Shown piece after piece: positions 48,501-54,615 of a stretch of DNA of 54,615 nt. Numbering within the stretch: position 1 is the stretch's first letter; each line of letters begins with the position of its first letter. Made by a program: the position numbers and the translations under genes. The DNA is taken from the IMG/VR virus record IMGVR_UViG_3300005662_008418. One strand, 5' to 3'. The notes under the pieces are model-generated. The model made no database searches. It was not told the origin of the DNA and was given only the letters and a program-made list of their open reading frames with translations. This stretch comes from an uncultured virus (IMG/VR IMGVR_UViG_3300005662_008418) (lineage: Duplodnaviria > Heunggongvirae > Uroviricota > Caudoviricetes).

Positions 48501-49860
48501 CACCAGCGATATCTCTTTTTTTTATCCAATTGCGAATCAGCAAATCAGATCTAACATAATACTCATGAGGACTAAAAACAAAGTCGCCCGTAGCCCTGGA
48601 TATCCCAGTGTTATTTATGATAATATTGTTTCCATCTGTTCTGGTGAAAAATAAAGAAACATCTTCTGCCACATGAGCCGTAACATAAAAAGTAAATCCA
48701 ACTTTAGCCTCTTCTTTTGGTATGTACACTATGCCAAAATTATTAAGCACTCGCGTATATGAAAAACGCGGACAATTTATAAATGCATCTGATTCCGCAC
48801 TGCCACCAATGCTTACAATTTTTGCATTAAGAGCGCCAAAAAAGAAATCATCTACTGCAGACTCAGGCTGAACAGTAAAATGAAGTGGATCAGAGCTTTT
48901 TATGTATTCTCCATCAATACCCCCAAAGGGATATCCACTCCATGGGTCAGATACTCCATAACCTATTTTCGCTATTTGATACCCTGGAGGATCTATGGGT
49001 CTTTTAGTAACACATATAATCTTCCCTATACCCTGACCAAGAAATACTGGTATTCCTACAACATCGCTTCTTATAATCCCTGAGTCTAAGTCATTCTGAG
49101 TTATGGAATACTCAATGTTCAATGTGGTATCTGCATTTGCTACCTGTATTCCAGTCTTGAGCATGGGAACATAAGTAACGCCAAGAGCCAGATATGCAGC
49201 ATCACTAAAAGGATCGTAATTGCCACCTCCAAAAAAATTATCACTTATAGTTCCACTGCTTATATATGTAGGACCAGCAAAGTTAATACTTCTACCTTGA
49301 AAATTACCAGCTATCATAACACTTACACGCAAAGAACTGGAAGGTAATTGCCTTTTTGCATTTGGAGACAACCCTATGTCTACCACATATCCAATTACTA
49401 GAGTAGCTTCTTCCTCAGAAAGTGATGGCAATTCTGGTCTGAATATTCTATTCAATTCCTCTTGCCTGTTTGCATTTAAATAAAATGTATTTTCTGTATT
49501 TATGCCTTTTTCTGCATCATTTCCAACGACTATTACATTTATGACTATTCTACTTTTAGTAACTTCAAAAAATTGATCCCTAAACCAAACTATATCTAAT
49601 GCAAATGCAAAATTGCGCTGAATAATACCAGTCTCTGGATCTGGATCTACATTTTCTAAATCCAATGGATTTGACTGATATAGAAAGTTTAGAACTTTAA
49701 ACCTCTTCCCTGGATAAGCCTCATAAGTCTGAGGATTATCTAATGTTGTATACCATCCAGATGGCTCATCATCCCTACTAATAGGTTCAAGTGGAGATAT
49801 CATCCCCACAGGAATCGCATCTGATGGATCGAATGCTATGGCACCCTTGAAAGTAGGCAT
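45526..49860 (-). CDS. Large hypothetical beta-rich protein (1444 aa) with an Asp-box; putative structural protein
   Basis: Long ORF with TAATG and ATGA overlaps; LRLSNDDGITW Asp-box near the C-terminus. Confidence 0.7.
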   Translation of the reverse strand: MPTFKGAIAFDPSDAIPVGMISPLEPISRDDEPSGWYTTLDNPQTYEAYPGKRFKVLNFLYQSNPLDLENVDPDPETGIIQRNFAFALDIVWFRDQFFEVTKSRIVINVIVVGNDAEKGINTENTFYLNANRQEELNRIFRPELPSLSEEEATLVIGYVVDIGLSPNAKRQLPSSSLRVSVMIAGNFQGRSINFAGPTYISSGTISDNFFGGGNYDPFSDAAYLALGVTYVPMLKTGIQVANADTTLNIEYSITQNDLDSGIIRSDVVGIPVFLGQGIGKIICVTKRPIDPPGYQIAKIGYGVSDPWSGYPFGGIDGEYIKSSDPLHFTVQPESAVDDFFFGALNAKIVSIGGSAESDAFINCPRFSYTRVLNNFGIVYIPKEEAKVGFTFYVTAHVAEDVSLFFTRTDGNNIIINNTGISRATGDFVFSPHEYYVRSDLLIRNWIKKRDIAGDGGISESDPLVDIPPFSSSVVSENAKVLPYQKIINQIRPLSPEEDASVHNFFGMRLAKLKIDSFLPVAERFPLGYFAAADKFATNSEGTSTVDGGIAYISPFGMVEILVPKSAIRDQTWFNTFFKNTILNPVVERDYSFRAANDNGFINLFYDLSSVTNSLVPDNDKIPYDHRLARALSQISVFSQNDPSSGVGICALNLLERRESGEWVTAQFDIVRNPPPITDNDANRMYYDLSNAYFDFESPMPRSMSLRFIQAQVGSRTGQNFIPGSLTAEAEWNPISPVNLKFNGRIYFEKTDPISVATGGNSEVNIPYVATVATSGKISTCLDYHGINGALISVGSFGGADVRSIYINGLLESQRRRSYIKDFNFPSLDIRTDIPDMTRPSWYGKSIDSIPLMPNGALVLRKKEPKSNSIDDPPLKGSTIAVRGSHGTRNVSFNNYQRGSWSREVRSEGFISFSLSDNILVETGRIRITGRLAADISSSSNFVNIAFSSSSSLFSADAMLFNNINVSETEITFDFKVPYYGGNLTVFGGALDSFEVSESIAELYTVDKNAVEKYKIDALDAAIAITAGGRYVAALAVNNPGGASVDLLVKEDENFMWKQIKNAVQSFSGESFASVMIRSAHNANKVFLSFSLNDCMFVKPINNDWLEDAANNYTAPVKNRFVLPDGSLYGLSGEKYGQIFNVNDVRTSFLQNRIRISPGYLVYGANSEFIQAEKDSFNNARKFSNTVKSGDEISARFYIGNEYASSDDDIKNLYNQSASGSYSFEVLPDGMLLFASVKDGGVLLRLSNDDGITWRSAFSHFPAGVPYRPLKFLKTDRGSFTREVSGKFSYINGACPSVDSISTALDLYGQRVAFCYSIRNMLFLQEVPISVFTLDCNKDFNRIFTTDQREDVVYGVSVLPSVIAGIVPSEYELPLINNQCDFSWRIDGPISRNNIGNLGNISLGGKAPSMIYLSNGALRLHFEGDRGEIRALTVTASTVKGDHIP

Positions 49861-52800
49861 TAGTTTCTAGACTTAGAAATTTCTTCCAACGCTATCTGGA
49901 CAGCCTTCTTGGCTACATCCGCAAATCCTTCACCGAAGTCTTTCGACAACTGATCATAGCTAATCTTGGCGAAATCTATCTTAGCCACATCTCTCAACTT
50001 GAGACCGACTTCCTCAAGTTCGCTCTTCATATCATCTATTATCCCCTTATTCGCTGATGGTATGTTGAGTTCGTTCAAACTTAGTCCATCGCTAATATCT
50101 ATCCGACTTCTCATCCTCCTACTTGGAGCATCCTCTTCAATAGTGCCAAAAGAATTAGCGCTTGGAATACGAGACTGTGGCTCTATGCCAGTATTTGATA
50201 TAGATGGATTGGAAACAGAAGATTTTGCAATATTATATTGCATTAATCTAGCAGAGGCTTCGGCCCTCTCTGCAGCACTGGATTCTATTTCTCCACGTAC
50301 TATGGCCAAATCACTCTCTCTTGATATAGATGAAGTGGAAAATTTATTTTCCCCAGCACTGCCTTTAAACAAATTAGATCCGCCACCAATTGATCCAGTT
50401 GCCAACTCATCTATGCTAAGAGCTTTTCTACCTTCCTTTTTAGCCTTTGCCTTTTCTGAATTCATTATTTCAACTATACGCTCATTAGCGGCTTCTCTTT
50501 CAGCCATCCTACTCTCATAAGATTCCATCTCTTCCGCATACATAGGATTAGGACCAGTGTATTCCAATGTTCCATCTGATAATTGACGATATTCATCCCT
50601 AGACGGAGCAGTAGGCATCTTGGAGCGCGATATCTCCAAATCGCGAGCAATAGTAGTGTTCCCACCACTGGAAACGGAATATCCAGAACCAAAATTAGGG
50701 TACGCGGCAGATATGCCCGAAGTGCCTACTGATTGCGGTGCTTTTACAGCACCAGGAATTCCTTCAATATATTTTCTATTACTTTCCTCTATTGAAGTAG
50801 CAGAAGACATGGCAGGCATCGACATATTGAATGCTTCTGGCATTGATGGCGACACTGGACCGAGACGATTATTAATCCTATCCTGCTCCTCGAATTCCTT
50901 ACTGCCCTCAAGGAAAGTTTTGCCGTTTGGCATTGAATAGAATTGCTTACCTTCGGGGCTAATGCCAAGTAATCCACTTTGGTTCCTGGGATTTACAGAA
51001 GAAGAAACAGCAGCATTTTTGAGCCTTATGCTTTCTACGGAATCATAAGATCGATCTGCCGCAAATGGCGCAGCAGAAGATGTCTCCCTGCTTGGCATTA
51101 CTGCTTCTCTCGCAGCTATGCTGCTGGGAGTTTCGGAATTTTGCTTATTAGCAGTAGCAGCCTTGCCAGTCAAGGATATATTCGGCATGAATGGAATGAA
51201 TGAAGATATCGCATTAAATGCCGATGATATTGACTCAAACGCTGGACCACCACCAGCAAAGCCAGCAGATTCTTTAACAGGCGCTGAAATCTGATCAATA
51301 CCCGTAGCCGCAATCCCAAGAGGTGACGCAGATTTTTCACCACTAATTCCCATGTCCTGCAAAATTGTCATTGCAGAAGCATCACCATTACTGGCCGCCA
51401 TCTGGAAATATCTTCTTGCCGTTCCCATATCAGGACTTACGCCCTTACCCTTATAATAAGCCATTCCTGCTTTGTACATAGCATCAACATCGCCCATTCT
51501 AGCTGCCTGTTCAAATGCAGATACAACCTCTTTCTCAACCTTGCTTCTAAGTCTGGAATTATCTCCCACATTTAGTTCTGGATTAAATGAATCGTTTTGC
51601 AATTTCTGAACTGCTTCTTCATATATTGACGCTGCGATTTTGCGAGATGATTCAACTCCGCGTCTTTCCCTTCTTGCTTTAGAAGATAGATCCTTATTCT
51701 GAGATTTCTCTGCTTCTGCGAAATATTCTTCAGATTTTGCGAGATTGACATTCTGACCTGTCTTGTATATATTGCCAAGTTCTAACGCTGCTCCAGTGTT
51801 TCCAGCCGCAAATGACCTCTCAAGAGAAGATATAGCTGCTGCAGGTACTTCGAAACCAGCCTGAGATGCCTGTTGAGCCATGGCCATGCCAAATTCAAAA
51901 TCAATCTTACCCATATCATTTAGAGACTTAGCGGCTCCTGCGTCTCCTGCAGCAGAGGCACTGCGCATAAACTGCACGGATCTATCTAGATCAGTGCCTG
52001 ACCCCTTGCTGTAAATCATGCCAAGATTATACATTGCATCAACATTGCCTTTTGCTGCCGAAGATTCAAGAACTCTTATTGCATCAGCTGGAATTGGATC
52101 ACCAGCTATTTGCGCCTCTTCTACCTGTATCATAGCTTGTTCGAATTCTGCTATGCCAACTTGTTTATCTGCCTGATTTTTAGATGCACCAGCAGCAGCG
52201 ACTCTCTTTTCATTTAGACCAAGATATGATCCTACATCGCTCTTGAATTGATCTCTCTTTTTGCTATCATCTATAGATGATCCAATTTGATCAATAATGT
52301 CCAGAGATCTGGAATCAAATGCGACTCTTTGTTCGCCACGAAGATTCGCATAGTTCTCTCCACCTGCAGTATTAGCTATGAACAATCCCATTTCAGACAC
52401 AGCTGAATTATATGCTTCATCCCCAGCGCCAAAAACGCCTTCTCCCGCAGCTCCTGGCATAGCAGATATTGCCTTCATGGCCATTTCGTAGCCTGGAGTT
52501 CCTGCACTCATGTCAATTGATTTACTAAATGACTCCGCCTTGGCTGCTGCTTGCTCAATACTAGGAGCAGAAATCTTCTTTCTAACCAGTTGTGCGGCTC
52601 TACCAGCTTCTTCCATGCCATTTGAAGCTGCCTTTTCAAATAACTCAACGGCTTTTTGAGGACTTCTCTCAACACCACGACCATCCTTATACATCATGCC
52701 AAGTTCGTATTGCGCTTCAGGTATATTTGCCTTTGCAGCGTCCTCGTACATCTTAACGACCTCTGGAGGAACTGCTGATCCAGATGATTTTGCTTTGGCA

Positions 52801-54615
52801 GATAACTCTTCCGCTGCTTGGAATTGCTTATTGCCAACTCTTAGTGCATCCGCCTTATTTCCTGATTTTGAATACATCTCTATGGATCGACCATAGTCCG
52901 AACCAACCCCGTATTTACCTTCTTCGTAAACCGATCCCATTATTGATGCTGCTTCCTGAATTCCTCCAGAAGCTGCTTCTTGCATCAAAGATACATATCC
53001 AGAATCGCCAGCAGGAAGCGCTGAAGCCTTATTGAATTTTTCCATAGAGCGAGAGCGTATTCTATCCGCCCCCTGCTGAGCAACACCTTCTCCAAAATCG
53101 CCACTAGAAACTGCTTGATTGTAATATCTTAATGCTTCTTCAGTGTTTGCTCCAATTGAACCTTCTCCACTTTCATACATAGACCCCAGGCGATACATAG
53201 CGTATGTATCGCCCATGCTGGCTGCAGACCTAAGCTTATCTTCTGCTTCTTTGTATTTTGCAGAATCCACTTGACCTGAAGAAGATAATATAGAAGTAGC
53301 TTCATCAACCAGCGCTTCTCTCTGCTTTCTTACGCCTTCCTGCCCTTCGAAATCCAATGTTGAAGAACCAAGGATTTCGCTTATCCTTCGAGAAGTTTGA
53401 ATCATTTCTTCATTGACCATTGATCCAGGCACCGCCTGAGATGAACTTCTCATAAAATCAAGCGTAGCGCCACCATAGGCTTGCTCATTGTTATTTTTAC
53501 TGTTTACCGCAATTGCAGCAGCAACATCCCTCATTCTTTCAACAATAACTTGTTGGCGTTTTTCATCAGAAATATTTTCTGGGATATTAGATTCTATCAA
53601 TTGTCTGGCTTTTACAAAGCCGACTTCTGATCCTGCAATTCCAGAATAATCTGCAGCATAATTACGAGCTATTTCATCTGCATCAAAACTCTTAGTTTCT
53701 TGAGGTGTCAATCTTAAAGTTTCTGATGGTCTTGCAATATTTGCAGATTCAAGACTATACTTGGCGACCATATCATCAATTGATCCAATGTCTCCATACT
53801 CATACTGAATACGTGCATTGACTTCTTCTGCAGATGACTTTTCAAGAATTCTATTTATCTCATCTTCATTTCGCTTTTCGATTTCAGCAAGTTCTCTAGG
53901 GCTTTTCTTATTTGCATCATATGCGTTTGCTTGTTGATAAAGCAGATTTTTTCCGTAATCTTCTTCTCTTCTACTTTGCATGGCAGGAGATCTTGCTACG
54001 GATTCATCAATAGTCCGCTGCTTTGCAGAAACTTCTTCTTGAACAATTTTATCAAATTCTTCCTGCTCGTTTTTACGCGCAATCTCACTAGAGGAGTATA
54101 TTCTTCCCGCATTGGGATCATATGCATTTGCTTCTGCTGCAACTCTTTCTTGCTGACTTCTCTCGTAGGCTCTTCTCTTTATATCCTGATCGATTCTACC
54201 TGCATTTTCTGACATCAAATAATCTGAATTGCTTGTCAATCTATCAGAAAAACCGGGTATGTTATTGGCAAATGTTCCTAATATTGAAGATATATTTCTG
54301 GAATAAATGTCAGGAACAATAATTTCAGATCCTGTCACTGCTCCTGGCAATCCACTTGCTCCAGGAACACCGATACCAATGCCTCCTGCTCCCGCTGCTC
54401 CCGCTGCTCCCGCTGCTCCCGCTGCTCCTGCTGCTCCTGCTGCTCCTGCTGCTCCCGCTTCTCCCGCTGCTCCAGCAATACCTACTGCAGACAACGGACT
54501 AGCAGGTATATTTATGTTAGTTATTCCAAGGCTTTCTGCAACTCCAGCAGCTCCAGGAACACCGATACCGATGCCTGCAACTCCAGCAGTCCCAGGAGCA
54601 CCGATACCGATGCCT
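49860..54615 (-). CDS. SEL1-like repeat-containing, helical, Ala/Ser/Gly-rich protein (>1584 aa, 5' end outside the window); possibly the C-terminal part of a tape-measure-like protein
   Basis: The frame stays open beyond the track's TTG at 54494 to the window edge (...GIGIGAPGTAGVAGIGIGVPGAAGVAESLGITNINIPASPLSAV...). Six SEL1-like units, e.g. AAKANIPEAQYELGMMYKDGRGVERSPQKAVELFEKAASNG and AARMGDVDAMYKAGMAYYKGKGVSPDMGTARRYFQMAASNG. Confidence 0.8.
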   Translation of the reverse strand, partial: GIGIGAPGTAGVAGIGIGVPGAAGVAESLGITNINIPASPLSAVGIAGAAGEAGAAGAAGAAGAAGAAGAAGAAGAGGIGIGVPGASGLPGAVTGSEIIVPDIYSRNISSILGTFANNIPGFSDRLTSNSDYLMSENAGRIDQDIKRRAYERSQQERVAAEANAYDPNAGRIYSSSEIARKNEQEEFDKIVQEEVSAKQRTIDESVARSPAMQSRREEDYGKNLLYQQANAYDANKKSPRELAEIEKRNEDEINRILEKSSAEEVNARIQYEYGDIGSIDDMVAKYSLESANIARPSETLRLTPQETKSFDADEIARNYAADYSGIAGSEVGFVKARQLIESNIPENISDEKRQQVIVERMRDVAAAIAVNSKNNNEQAYGGATLDFMRSSSQAVPGSMVNEEMIQTSRRISEILGSSTLDFEGQEGVRKQREALVDEATSILSSSGQVDSAKYKEAEDKLRSAASMGDTYAMYRLGSMYESGEGSIGANTEEALRYYNQAVSSGDFGEGVAQQGADRIRSRSMEKFNKASALPAGDSGYVSLMQEAASGGIQEAASIMGSVYEEGKYGVGSDYGRSIEMYSKSGNKADALRVGNKQFQAAEELSAKAKSSGSAVPPEVVKMYEDAAKANIPEAQYELGMMYKDGRGVERSPQKAVELFEKAASNGMEEAGRAAQLVRKKISAPSIEQAAAKAESFSKSIDMSAGTPGYEMAMKAISAMPGAAGEGVFGAGDEAYNSAVSEMGLFIANTAGGENYANLRGEQRVAFDSRSLDIIDQIGSSIDDSKKRDQFKSDVGSYLGLNEKRVAAAGASKNQADKQVGIAEFEQAMIQVEEAQIAGDPIPADAIRVLESSAAKGNVDAMYNLGMIYSKGSGTDLDRSVQFMRSASAAGDAGAAKSLNDMGKIDFEFGMAMAQQASQAGFEVPAAAISSLERSFAAGNTGAALELGNIYKTGQNVNLAKSEEYFAEAEKSQNKDLSSKARRERRGVESSRKIAASIYEEAVQKLQNDSFNPELNVGDNSRLRSKVEKEVVSAFEQAARMGDVDAMYKAGMAYYKGKGVSPDMGTARRYFQMAASNGDASAMTILQDMGISGEKSASPLGIAATGIDQISAPVKESAGFAGGGPAFESISSAFNAISSFIPFMPNISLTGKAATANKQNSETPSSIAAREAVMPSRETSSAAPFAADRSYDSVESIRLKNAAVSSSVNPRNQSGLLGISPEGKQFYSMPNGKTFLEGSKEFEEQDRINNRLGPVSPSMPEAFNMSMPAMSSATSIEESNRKYIEGIPGAVKAPQSVGTSGISAAYPNFGSGYSVSSGGNTTIARDLEISRSKMPTAPSRDEYRQLSDGTLEYTGPNPMYAEEMESYESRMAEREAANERIVEIMNSEKAKAKKEGRKALSIDELATGSIGGGSNLFKGSAGENKFSTSSISRESDLAIVRGEIESSAAERAEASARLMQYNIAKSSVSNPSISNTGIEPQSRIPSANSFGTIEEDAPSRRMRSRIDISDGLSLNELNIPSANKGIIDDMKSELEEVGLKLRDVAKIDFAKISYDQLSKDFGEGFADVAKKAVQIALEEISKSRN
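54384..54482 (-). repeat. 9-bp tandem repeat (GGAGCAGCR) encoding about 11 Gly-X-Y triplets, mostly GAA
   Basis: (gctcccgct/gctcctgct)n on the plus strand; flanked by three GIGIG(V/A)PG units at about 54361-54384, 54552-54575 and 54591-54614. Confidence 0.9.

Noticed and set aside
5..54322. The many short plus-strand and nested minus-strand ORFs (60-184 aa)
   Set aside because: All lie over long minus-strand genes and show no recognisable motifs; they are consistent with shadow ORFs.
54384..54482. True collagen triple-helix fibre
   Set aside because: Only about 11 triplets, Ala-rich and Pro-free; better explained as a low-complexity 9-bp expansion.
54492..54494. TTG start of the SEL1 protein given by the track
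   Set aside because: The frame is open to the window edge with continuing GIGIG repeats, so the true start lies outside the window.
1..54615. Diversity-generating retroelement or invertase-driven fibre switching
   Set aside because: No reverse transcriptase or recombinase gene and no near-identical 100-bp repeat pair was noticed; the shared modules are only distant protein-level paralogues.
1..54615. Bacterial eCIS/T6SS locus or cellular adhesin cluster
   Set aside because: No sheath, tube, ATPase, secretion genes or obvious signal peptides; gene size and packing fit a large phage better. Not fully excluded without the flanks.

Overview
The window is one uninterrupted, AT-rich, minus-strand gene block of 15 CDS with only about 74 non-coding bases; most junctions are TAATG/TGATG/ATGA start-stop overlaps. 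Nine proteins exceed 1000 aa (up to 3190 aa). The ORF track misses the last gene (<1..3297, running off the left edge: two proprotein-convertase P-like domains joined by 107- and 63-codon poly-Ser linkers) and truncates the first (49860..>54615, open to the right edge). In transcription order: SEL1-repeat, tape-measure-like helical protein; 1444-aa unknown; hub-like protein; 73-aa protein; fibre-like protein (HxH, NHL); GT4 glycosyltransferase; 3190-aa multidomain protein (DUF642-like, RCC1-like); Ig/propeller protein; 1446-aa protein with a phage-type C-terminal domain; LamG protein; 2793-aa Ig/FN3/propeller protein; 1809-aa FN3 fibre-like protein; Cys-rich protein; 799-aa unknown; poly-Ser/P-domain protein. 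My best reading is the tail-tip/baseplate/appendage module of an uncultured jumbo phage, possibly with a PVC (Planctomycetota) host. This is inference: no capsid, terminase, sheath or tube gene is in the window, and all domain calls are by-eye motif recognition without database searches. The most interesting signals are a possible virion-glycosylation system (GT4 plus extreme poly-Ser), a shared set of modules shuffled and nested among the giant proteins, and SEL1 repeats in the tape-measure position. No RNA genes, CRISPR arrays or mobile elements were seen.
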